Below, piece by piece: positions 33,914 through 43,749 of a stretch of 64,000 bases of DNA (its first letter is position 1; each line of letters starts with the position of its first letter). The position numbers and the translations under genes were made by a program. A model generated the notes under the pieces. The model made no database searches and had not been told where the DNA came from. It saw only the letters and a program-made list of their open reading frames with translations. Origin of the DNA: Selaginella moellendorffii (lineage: Eukaryota > Plantae > Lycopodiophyta); assembly GCF_000143415.4 (NCBI RefSeq), contig NW_003314280.1:620001-684000 (forward strand), in the 5' to 3' direction.

Positions 33914-34136
33914 ATTCAGCTTCCCTCCTGTGTACACTCAACCAAGCCACAGCAGCAGCAGGGAAAGAGATCAAATTTGGAGCCACAAGGATTGCGAGCG
34001 CCGAGCACGTCACCCTTGCCCAGTGGAGATCGCGGCCCAGAAAGCTTGAGCTGTTGGTGTAAACGAAAATGGCTGCTTGAAGCTATGAGAGGATTGCGCC
34101 TGTAGCCAGGGCCGAGAATTACTTCGACGAGTCACT
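33914..34136 (+). pseudogene. Deleted, inverted relic of the RAF2/PCD gene
   Basis: ATAAAGKEIKFGA..ASAEHV compares with RAF2 ATAAGKDIELGA..ASTEHI. GGCTGCTTGAAGCTA and GGCCGAGAATTACTTC are identical to RAF2 exon 2. Confidence 0.88.
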
Positions 34137-34321
34137 CCAACCTCGTTATATTTTTCCGTTTGTTCTGTGCATTAATATTAGCTAGCAGTCAACACGCTGA
34201 CCGACAACAGTTTCTTCATGAGAAGCACCTCTTGCATTGCGCGCCTCCTTTTCTCACCTTGCAAAGTTTCTGATAAAATGATCGAGCCTTCCCTTTATGT
34301 GGTTGTTTCGTCCAAGAAACA

Positions 34322-36067
34322 ATGCTCGTCTTCAAGGATCTCCATTTTAAATCTGTGCTTGTCTTGGTCATTCACTGGATCTTACAGGTTGAGTCGCATT
34401 ACGCGGTAACACAATACAAAAGAAAAACCGACACAGAAAAAAAGAGAAAGAAGAACTCACCATGTGGTGCCTTTTGCAGACGAAGAACTGGATTAGCCAC
34501 GGAGGAGACCTGGGAAATCGACGCTATGCAGCGAGCGAGCACAAGATCAACTTAGAAACCGCACCTTCGCTCGCTCTCCGGTGGAGATATGTCACCCAGG
34601 GAGATGTCTCGGCTACACCGGCGATTCACGACTGCGCGGTGTATGTACCAAGCTGGAACGGCATCGTGGCTGCAGTGGCCATGGACGGGGCTACGCTGTG
34701 GCAAACCAACTTGTCGCAAGTCACAAGCTTGCACCCGGCCGTGTCGAGAGCAACGCCCGTGGTAACCAAGCGATGTGTGTTAGTCGGCCTTCGCGGACCT
34801 GCGAGAGTTCTTTGCCTGGATCGAATGACCGGAGATCTCTTGTGGATGTCACCGGACCTGGAACTGGCACCACACTCAATGATCACAATGTCAGGAACGG
34901 CATACGATGGGTACGTAAGAAGAGCTACTCACCGTTTCGAGGATTTCCGAGTCATAGCAGCCGCTTTGATGCCTGCTTTGCAGAGCTTACTACGTAGGAG
35001 TGTCGTCCATGCAGCAGCACGCGAAATCATGTTGCACCTTCCAAGGCTCCTTCCACAAACTGGACCTCCAAACTGGCCAAACGGTGTGGTCGACGTACAT
35101 GGTTCCTCGGGACAGCCAGTACACGGGAGTACCAGTGTGGGGAAGCAGTCCTGCCTTGGACGAGCGCAGAGGCCTCGTCTACATCGCTACCGGGAGCGTT
35201 TTCTCTGTCCCTTCAGAAGTCCGGCAGTGCCAGCAAGCCACCGGAAACTCGAGCAGCTGCATCGTGCCCAGCGTCTGCTACAACTCCGTCGTCGCCGTTG
35301 ACACGAGAGACGGAACTATCCGGTGGTGCAGTAGGATGACGATGAGCGAGATCTGGGAGAACGCCTGCCGGAGCATTCGTCCTCCACCAAACTGTCCTCC
35401 ACGGCCAGATCCAGACGCTGACTTTGGAGAAAGCCCCATGCTCGTCACCATTCAGCAACAAGGAGCATTGAGAGATGTTGTCGTCACTGGACAGAAGACT
35501 GGCTTCGTGTGGGCTCACGACCGAGAAACTGGAGAGCTCGTCTGGCATGCGGTACTGAAAAGCTTTTGCCTTCGTAGTAGTGAACTTTGATCGTTGTAGG
35601 TGGCTGGACCCGGCGGAAGCGGAGGTGGAGCGAACTGGGGATCAGCAACGGACAACTCTCGAGTCTTCACAAACATCGCCAACAGTGACCGCCAATCTTT
35701 CCTCCACGAGCCATCGCAGCTTGTAACCACGGGAGGTGGCTGGGTTGCGATGGCTGCTACAACTGGACGCTTGCTCTGGTCCACTCCCAATCCAACCGGC
35801 CAGCCAGCCTACGGTCCCGTCACTTACACACACGGAGGTGTTCTTCTGTGCACGTCCTTCGACAGCAATGGCCATGTCTATGCCATCAACTCCTACAGCG
35901 GAGAAATAATCTGGAACGCTACCACTGGCTCGACTGTTTACGGAGGCTTCTCGGTTGGTTGCGGCTGTGCCTTTGTCGGAGCAGGCTATGCTTCGACACC
36001 AACGGGCCTGGCTCTTGGAGGCACTCCTGGAGATTCACTGTTCGCCTTTTGTATCCCTCCCTACTAG
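34322..36067 (+). CDS. Secreted PQQ-repeat beta-propeller protein, polyvinyl-alcohol-dehydrogenase-like, 4 exons
   Basis: NWISHGGDLGNRRYA, GDVSATPAI, SRATP, ITMSGT, CCTFQGS, VWGSSPALD, DADFGESPM, GQKTG, GGANWGSATD. The start codon is tentative. Confidence 0.85.
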
Positions 36068-36130
36068 TGCTTCGTTTTGATGAGAAGTTCCAAGGGGAGC
36101 TTCAGGAAAAAAAAACGAGCTCACTTGTCA

Positions 36131-38275
36131 TCACCAGTAGTCCTTGCAAGAACACCCACCCGTTGCAAACGTATGAAACCGATTTGCGTCTCTGACCACG
36201 ATTTGCCGATTGGAGATAGTCGATATGTACTTGAAAGCTGTGTGACAGTCGGAACACATCCGGAGATTGTTGACAACGCACAGACTCGTACCAGGAGGTG
36301 TGTTTATCAGACCGTAAACAACTGCCAGCCTTTCACTGTGGTGGAAAAGCGTTGCTTGCTTCGTTTCCTCGTCTACATTATGTAGCACCAAGCTTGTGTC
36401 TGGCACATAGCCGGCTTCCTTGATCTCCAGCGTCAACTTCCTCAGCTCTTCGTAGATCAAGTCCTTCTGTGGATGAGATTTATCGGCAGCACCAAACTCG
36501 TGTAGCCTGTTTTTCACTTCTATGCAGCTCAGGCCCGGTTCCTTCTTCACACCTCGCCTTTCCATGAGTCGCCTCACCTTCTCAACATCGTCCCACCTTT
36601 CGAGAGCAGCGTAGAGGTTTGACATGAGAAGATAAGCGGAAGGACGTGTCGGCTCAATCTCGTAGCACTTCTCCGCAGCAATCTCGGCCCGTAGAACATC
36701 TTTCTGCAGTCTACAGGCACTAAGCATTGTTAGCCATGCTGTTAAGCCTGGCTCGAACGGCATAGCGTCGATCACTTCCTGCGCCTCCTCAAGCCTGCCT
36801 CCCCGTCCTAGAAGATCAATGACACACCTGAAGTGCTCTGGCAGCGGGAAGAATCCATGATCTGCCATTGCTATGAAGCAGTCCCGAGCCTCGTCCAGAT
36901 ATCCTGAGTGGCTGCATGCGTAAACCAAGCTCAGGAACGTCACGTTGTTGGGCTTGATTCCTTCCAGCTCCATTCTTCTCATCAAGTCCTTGGACTCCTC
37001 GATATGTCCGTGCTGAGCTGATCCTGCCACTATAGCCGTCCATGCTACCACGTCCATTCCTTCCATCTGATCGAACACCTCTCTTGCCTCCACCAGCTTC
37101 CCGCACTTTGCATACATGTTGACGAGTGCTGTTGCCACGATAAGCTCCCTGTCCAGTCCATTCGCCACCAAGTTTTGGTGGATCACTCTTCCCAGTGCCA
37201 GTGCCGAGGTGCTCGCGCACGCTTCCAGAACACTTATAAACGTAGCCGAGCCAGTCTTGACGCCTTCCTGCTGCATTCTCTGGAAAATCTCGAGAGCCTC
37301 CTTCCCAGACCCATCTTGAGCGTAGGCCGTAACGATAGCATTCCAGGTGATAGCATCCTTACAAGGAATCCTCTCAAATACCAACCTCGCGTTTCCCAAG
37401 CTGTGGCACCTCCCATACATATTGACGAGCGACGTCCCAACAACAGTCTCTGCTTCCAGGCCAACTTTTTCCACCATCTTGTGAATTGCGATGCCTTGCT
37501 CGAGAGCACCAAGCGTGGAGCAAGCACTGATCACGGTGCTGTACGTAAACTTGTCCGGAGGGACGTGAGAATCCATCCTCTGGAAAAGAGACAGTGCCTC
37601 CGCCTCATGCCCATTCTGGGCATACGCTGCCAGGATGATATTCCAAGAGAAGAGGTTCTTCCTGGAGATCCCATCAAACACGGCCCTCGCATTTTCCAAG
37701 CTGCCACACTTCCCATACATCTCCACCAGCAAGTTCGCAATAAACCTCTCGTTGGACCGGTTGCTGAGGAGAATGTGAGCGTGGACTCGCCTCCCCTCGT
37801 CCAAAGCTCTGAGACTCCCACACTTCTTGAGCAGTGCTGCGTATTCGTCACCGCTGACTTGGTCTGTGTAGTCCAATCTATCTACTAGCTGCTTCAAATC
37901 TCGACGACCGGTAGCTGAAGAAGAAGAGGAAGTAGAAGCTCGCGGGAGAGAAGAGTCGAAGCTTTCTTGTTGCATTTGACGCCTGCTGGAAGCCCCTGAA
38001 TCCGACGTCCAAGAGGGTCTGGAGCGCTTTGTGATCCTGTTCCTTTTGCTGATTCCTGATTCATTATCACCACCACTTCCATCTGCCCATGCCCACCACG
38101 ACTGTCCATCCGATTCCATGCGTGCCATCCAGCTCAAGCTGTTGTCGGAGAGAGATTCCACCACACCATCATCGAGCTTGAGAAAATCTCTCGGAGGCAA
38201 TGCTGGAGAACCTGCTGTAGCATCACTTATCCCCGACTGGAAGAGTCCCGCAAACTGAGAGGCCGCGCTTTCCAT
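36131..38275 (-). CDS. PLS-E-DYW PPR protein (C-to-U editing factor type), 714 aa
   Basis: PLS repeats, E domain, PG box KKEPGLSCIEV, HSERLA, CSDCH, terminal CSCKDYW. Confidence 0.96.
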   Translation of the reverse strand: MESAASQFAGLFQSGISDATAGSPALPPRDFLKLDDGVVESLSDNSLSWMARMESDGQSWWAWADGSGGDNESGISKRNRITKRSRPSWTSDSGASSRRQMQQESFDSSLPRASTSSSSSATGRRDLKQLVDRLDYTDQVSGDEYAALLKKCGSLRALDEGRRVHAHILLSNRSNERFIANLLVEMYGKCGSLENARAVFDGISRKNLFSWNIILAAYAQNGHEAEALSLFQRMDSHVPPDKFTYSTVISACSTLGALEQGIAIHKMVEKVGLEAETVVGTSLVNMYGRCHSLGNARLVFERIPCKDAITWNAIVTAYAQDGSGKEALEIFQRMQQEGVKTGSATFISVLEACASTSALALGRVIHQNLVANGLDRELIVATALVNMYAKCGKLVEAREVFDQMEGMDVVAWTAIVAGSAQHGHIEESKDLMRRMELEGIKPNNVTFLSLVYACSHSGYLDEARDCFIAMADHGFFPLPEHFRCVIDLLGRGGRLEEAQEVIDAMPFEPGLTAWLTMLSACRLQKDVLRAEIAAEKCYEIEPTRPSAYLLMSNLYAALERWDDVEKVRRLMERRGVKKEPGLSCIEVKNRLHEFGAADKSHPQKDLIYEELRKLTLEIKEAGYVPDTSLVLHNVDEETKQATLFHHSERLAVVYGLINTPPGTSLCVVNNLRMCSDCHTAFKYISTISNRQIVVRDANRFHTFATGGCSCKDYW

Positions 38276-38571
38276 TGAGGAAGAAGCTCGAGCTTAGCAA
38301 ACAAACAAACAAACAAAAACAAGTTAGTGCAAGTTTCCAACTAAATTTTTGCTGTGTACCTCGTGGCCACGAATCCAAAACTTTTTAAAAGCGTCGATCA
38401 AATCCGTGTGTACCACCGGATGCATCAAAGTCAGAGGAAGCAATACTGCCAGTACCCGTGTAACACCGACTTAGCAAAGTATGAAGGAACACGAGAAGGA
38501 TCGCGAGAGAAAAAAAATTCGTGTGATTGTTATCGTATATCTGGAGTGGATTTCCTTACTGTTACACACAG

Positions 38572-39168
38572 CTACCGTGCTTGAAATGGTGCTTGTGACA
38601 AATCCACTGCTTTCTCCAGCAACTGCGCAAATTTTCAGTCAGCTTCTAGCAAGAAAAAGAAAAGCATGGGAGAAACCTTGCTCAGAGATTTGAGCTCGCG
38701 GAAAACCGGTTGCAACGCTTTGGTATTGACTGTGGGAGGCTTCACATCGATCGGCCACACCTGGAACAAAAAAAAAAAAAACGGTGATTGTAGCTCTCGG
38801 AGAATGAAATGGCTCGAAATCTTACTAGAAACATCACACCTGGATTCCAAGAACTTTAACAGGTTTGACGAGGCCAGGGATGATGCAATCCGGGCCTGCT
38901 GCTTCCACCATAGCCTCCTCTGCCAATCCCATGCCAATTGGATCCGGATGCTGGAGATTCCCGAGTTACAAGACGAATGCGGCCCAATCCCGGGGCTTAC
39001 CTTCATGATGCTGAGGGCGTAGTCGAAATTCCTGCTTTTGCTGACGATGATCGCGCTTGGAGGAGAAATTCGAGGCAGCGGAGGCTCACCGGGGCGCGAC
39101 CGCCATGGCGCGTCTCCGACGAGCTGCTTCTTCGTCGTCTTCTTGCTTGACGAGCTCGTCATCGCCAT
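38572..39168 (-). CDS. Small plant protein of unknown function, 4 exons
   Basis: Spliced reading MAMTSS..DAPWRS..YALSIMK|HPDPIGMGLAEEAMVEAAGPDCIIPG..|VWPIDV..|..QAR* with GT-AG introns; resembles a conserved land-plant unknown protein (from memory). Confidence 0.75.
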
Positions 39169-39339
39169 AGCCAAAGAAGATTCCAGGCTCTTCCCAAGCC
39201 CTAAGTTTATGTGCCCATCGCCACCGTCGGCTTGGTAGAGAATATGGACCGTCCGATTTGAACGGTCAAGTGGAAAACAAAATGGTTTTTTGTCAATTAT
39301 TTTCGCAAATTTACAAGACAAACTCTTCCTTCCGCAGCG

Positions 39340-40938
39340 TCATCTCGAAGCGAACGATCTGCAAGAACAGTAAGAGCAGTGAAAAAGTTTGTTCTTGCAA
39401 GAGATGGAGATGGAGAGAAGAAACTATGAAACAAAAGAGTTCCGGAACTTACGATCCAAACGAGACCGAAAACGTCGGCCTTAATGTCCTTGGCGCATCG
39501 CCCTGGAGCTTCTCCGAGATTTGCTGTAGTTCCTGAGAACCCAAACACTTTATAGAACTTGAAAAACAGCGAGAAAACACCTTCAATCCGCTGCCTGTCG
39601 ACGCCAAAGACGAGGCCGAGGACGACGAAGATTTCGACGAGGAAGCCAAGGATGACGACGATGGGCTTCCAGACTTTAACAGCGGAGGTTTCGGGGCCTG
39701 GAATGCACACAAGGTTGTAGAGGAAAATGACAAGCGTGAAAAAGCTGTACCTGTTGTAAGAGATCTAGCTTGCGCTTGGATTCTAGCAAGCCGGGGCGTC
39801 CGTGCTCCAAGTCTTGCACGTACTGACACAGCAACAGAATTCCTCTGTTGGCAAAATCTTGCTTGGATTGAACTTCGCCAATCTTCGATTCCTAAACCCA
39901 CAAGAACACATTCACTCCAGCATATTCTCGGCAAATCAAGCACATACCAAGCCTTCGACCATTTGCTGGACAACCTGGACGTCGCCACCGCATTTTACGA
40001 CGTCGCTTCTCATGTCAAGAACCTGGAAACTATCGAAGATAAGCGAAATGAAGAAAAGGTATCAGTGTCAGTACCTGATTCTTTATAACACCTTGGACTT
40101 CGGCACTATCTTCTAAGGCTTTTGATACATCTTCTATTCGCATCGACAGGTGCCTTCGAGTTGCCTGAGTTTCACATATAGCGGGATGAGGAAAAAGCAT
40201 ACAGAAGACATTACCGCAAGCACTGCCGAGACTTGATCGAACTGCTTCGAAACCTCCGAAACAGCATTTGCCATATGACGCTTCGTAACATAGAGGAAGT
40301 CGGTTAGACGCCATCCCTGCAGCTTCCAAAGCTTAGAATTCGCAACACTCGCATTTAAACTTACCCGCCACCGAAAGTATCCATATCCCGCAGCGCCAAC
40401 AACAACCGCGGGCACTGCGAGGGAGGAGATGTTTGCTCCTGTCAAGAACTCGAATTAGGACGACTGGCCCGAGAAAAATCAATCCCACATACCACTGCCG
40501 CTTCCAGAACTTCCATTTATAAATGTGACATCTTTAGAGGCCGCTAACTGCATGAGTTCCTGCCTTAGTCTCATGAGCTGCAAGGAGCGAGACGAAGTGA
40601 GCTCGAGAAAGAAAATTTCAATCGGCAACCTGTCCAGCCAATTCGGTAGTTTTGTCTGAAACCTTCGCAGACACATCCCCGTCCTCTAGATGCTTGGAGA
40701 TGACCTAAACGCGAGAAAACTTCTATCAATCTCCTCAAAACTATCTGGAATGATCGTCTACCTTGGAGAGGTCTGAGATGAAGTCCGTGAGGCGGCCATT
40801 ATTCACAAGGAACGTTCCCGTCAGTCCTGCAAGAATCACCGCGTGAGAAGGCGGCGCCGAGCTCGATCGAATCGCGCGCTTACCGGCACCAACGAGAATC
40901 AGCACCTTGACGGTCGAGACGCCGGCCTGGAGCGCCAT
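39340..40938 (-). CDS. DUF1664-family protein, multi-exon
   Basis: KVLILVGAG|LTGTFLVNNGRL, AAGYGYFRWR|GWRLTDFLYVTKRHMANAV, ATRRHLSMRIE. The last exon is tentative. Confidence 0.85.
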
Positions 40939-41309
40939 CGCGAGCTGGAATCAAAGAAGAGACCCAGGCATTACGCCCAAAATCTGGCACAAACCCTAGT
41001 AGCAGAGTTCCAAGCCCTAGAAAATGTTTTAACAGTACCCTTAGAACATTAGCCTTTAGTCAAACAAAAGCTAAATTCATTCTTCTTCTCTGGTCAACGA
41101 AAGTCAAAGGAAGGTTTGACCATCCTTGTTGTACACGACAAGCGATGGAGTTCATCCATTACCTCACACACCTACACGCGAAAAGAAAAGAAACTAAAAA
41201 TTTTAGTGAAGTGACCAACAACCTCTCTCGAGCTCTCTCGCGCGATCAATCCAGCAGAGAATTTTCCCCCATTCTCCTCTTCCACCATCGCCTCTCTTTC
41301 TTCTCCGCC

Positions 41310-41726
41310 ATGGAATCGCTCATCGCAATCATCCCGGCATTGCTTATCCTTTTGCAGCGAAGCAGCGCCCAGATCCCTTGCGCGCCTCCATCCACGTCAA
41401 TTTGCCCCGGGAGCTCCTGCTGTGGAAAGAATGGCTACTGCGGGATTGGAGAGAGCTACTGCGGCATTGGCAATTGCCTCTCACAGTGTCCGCTCGCGTA
41501 CTATCCCCCGCCGGAGCTCCCCGCGGGAGGCTACTACTACTACTATCCTCCGCCAGAGTTTCCAGTGGAGGAGACGATTGAGCCGGTCGACCGCGGCCAC
41601 CATAGCATAGCGTGGTGGCTCGGGATAGTTGCCGCGGTGGCTGTGGTAGTAGCAGGGATCCTCGCGGTTTGCTGGCTGGTAACTCGCTCTGTCTCCAGGC
41701 ATCGCAAGTGTGAGTGTGATTCGTGA
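41310..41726 (+). CDS. Type I membrane protein with hevein (CBM18) domain, Pro/Tyr-rich stalk and TM helix
   Basis: Signal peptide; 8-Cys C..C..CCGKNGYCG..YC..C.SQC; YYPPPE twice; TM WWLGIVAAVAVVVAGILAVCWLV; basic stop-transfer RHRK. A possible donor at about 41710 could change the tail. Confidence 0.85.
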   Translation: MESLIAIIPALLILLQRSSAQIPCAPPSTSICPGSSCCGKNGYCGIGESYCGIGNCLSQCPLAYYPPPELPAGGYYYYYPPPEFPVEETIEPVDRGHHSIAWWLGIVAAVAVVVAGILAVCWLVTRSVSRHRKCECDS

Positions 41727-41906
41727 TCTTTCTCTCAACTTTCTTCGCATGATCTCTTTCCCGATGAGAGTGATGCCTGTAAGTAATTTGGCTCTCCAAG
41801 GAGATAAGTTGCGACATTCTTCACGACATTTCGGGGTCGTGTTCTTATCTTGTCATGGATTCAAAGCAAAGTTTTCTTTTTCTTTCACTCTAGCTTGCGT
41901 GCCGAT

Positions 41907-43181
41907 CTAGAGCTTTGATGTTAGAGTTTTACGAGCCAGGCAAGCCTGGATAGATCCGTGAGGTTCACTCGTTGGGAGGTAGACGTCGTGATCAAACTGC
42001 AAATGGATGGAAGCGAGAAATTTCAGAGGAGAAATGGGGACAAAAAGTACCTTCACACCAACAGTGGGCATGTTGACAGGCAAAAAATGGAGATTTGGCA
42101 TGTTTAATTCGATCGAGCTGACTTCGGGGACACTGAAAGCTTAAAGAATGACAGAAAGAAACAAGCATGAATTATATACTCGAACCTTCGCAACACCTCT
42201 TGTGCCATAAGATAGAGCGTGTTCTGCACGGAGGGGCTGTAGACTCCACTCTTGGATGGCCCAAAGAATGTTTCAAAGAGAGTTCTTGTGACTTTGTCAT
42301 AGGTTCCAGTGTAGCACGATGGCTTTCTCGCATATCTGTCAACAAAAACAAGTTTTTTTATGCGTAGAAATGTTTTTCTTCACCTCCATTTTGCGGTGAC
42401 CGTCGAAGCAAGCAAGCGCTCTCTCACTTCAGGAAGAAGCGTGAATTTATCGCGAATAAACCCCTCAAAGCCGGACTAGAAGATCACCGAAAGTTGGTAC
42501 TTTTCCTTCGATGGTTATGAGATCCACACACCTTGGTTGTTTTGAGCAAGCTGAGGTCCGTGAATCCAGAGACCACGTCCACGCTAGATTTGTCTCGAGA
42601 GATGGTGATCTCCGCGGTTCTTTTTTGAGATCCAAGCTTGAAACCTGGTGAGGAAAAACCATAAGAACTCTGAAAGAAGAAAAACTTTTAACCGTGTTGG
42701 TGTGGGATTCCATCGATCGAGACGCGTTCCCAGTTGTTTTGGACGAGAGAGACGCAAGCTCCAGTCACCTGTGCAGCGTTTGTTTTACGTGAAAAGCCAC
42801 ACTCAAGAAAGATGTGTGCCTACCTCTTTGTATGTATCGAGGAAGTGAGAGGCAAGCTTGATCCCAAAAGTTTCTATAGACACCGGCTGGTGACAGAGCT
42901 TGGCGAGAGCATACACCTTTTTTCACAGGATATGTTGGGTAAGTGGATCCAGCCAAAACAAAGAAAGATATATAAGGCTTAACTGTGTTCTTGATGGAAT
43001 CAGTGGCCACGATGCTGGAATTGTCGCCGGCGGAGTACGCAGGGATGCAATCCGAGGAGAGAATGATCGAGATTGTCCACTCCACAAACTCGTGATCTTT
43101 GCCATCGCCGCGCCACACGCGAGCAACACGAACTCTCGCCTTGCCGTGGCATTGCTCCTTCACTACGATCTCGTCAGCCAT
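41907..43181 (-). CDS. UOX: Uricase (urate oxidase), 8 exons, peroxisomal
   Basis: [18 protein letters not shown]|VY, LLKTTK|[28 protein letters not shown]-terminal SKL*. Confidence 0.96.
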
Positions 43182-43194
43182 GGATTGGTTCTAT

Positions 43195-43400
43195 CGAAAC
43201 CCCTAAAAATGAATAGGACATCTCACTGTTGGCTGTAATGGCCCAGTAGCTATCGAAAGTGGCGATGCTGCCCACAAAATCTGGATACCTGGGCAGGCGA
43301 TCGCTGTTGGTGGGCTCTCTCGCAATGCTCCAAGTGGCGAACCCACGATGAGAGAAACGTGAAAAACGATCGCGAGTTTGATGATGACCAAGAGTTGGAT
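43195..43400 (+). pseudogene. Relic of DEG5 exon 1
   Basis: Close match to 48008-48230 (ATCGAAAGTGGCGATGCTGCCCACAAA, TGGGCTCTCTCGCAATGCTCCAAGTGGCGAACCCACGA). The start-codon position reads ATA (43213). Confidence 0.9.
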
Positions 43401-43439
43401 AGACAAACACTATAAGCATCACCAAGAAGGATAAAACTC

Positions 43440-43740
43440 ATGGAGATGGCTGCAAGCATTGTCCCCCAGGCCACCACGTCCTCATCCGATCAAAGTCTCT
43501 CCCAGATCGTTGAGATGACGACGATCCCATGCGAGCCCGGGCTTCTTCCACTCGCCCAATCTGCGCATAGCCAGTGATCAGCATGTCAGGTGAGCTGCAC
43601 AGCCTCCTGTGAAATCATCCGCTATCCATGGCTCCGTGCTGCTCGTAGCTGGAGATCATCCCGGTCCAAGACTGGGATTCCTGGCTTTTAATCCAGATGC
43701 CCCCTATGAGCATATGCGGTGATCATGGCGGTACACTGGC
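43440..43740 (-). pseudogene. PPR relic
   Basis: TAMITAYAHRGHLD*, SWTGMISSYEQHG, LITGYAQIGRVEEARA, DVVAWGTMLAA in broken frames. Confidence 0.8.
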
Positions 43741-43749
43741 CGGGCGCCT

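Noticed and set aside
41910-42860. Kinase-like words on the + strand after the hevein-TM ORF ([22 protein letters not shown]), suggesting a hevein receptor kinase
   Set aside because: The interval is fully explained by intact uricase exons and introns on the - strand; the words are antisense coincidences.
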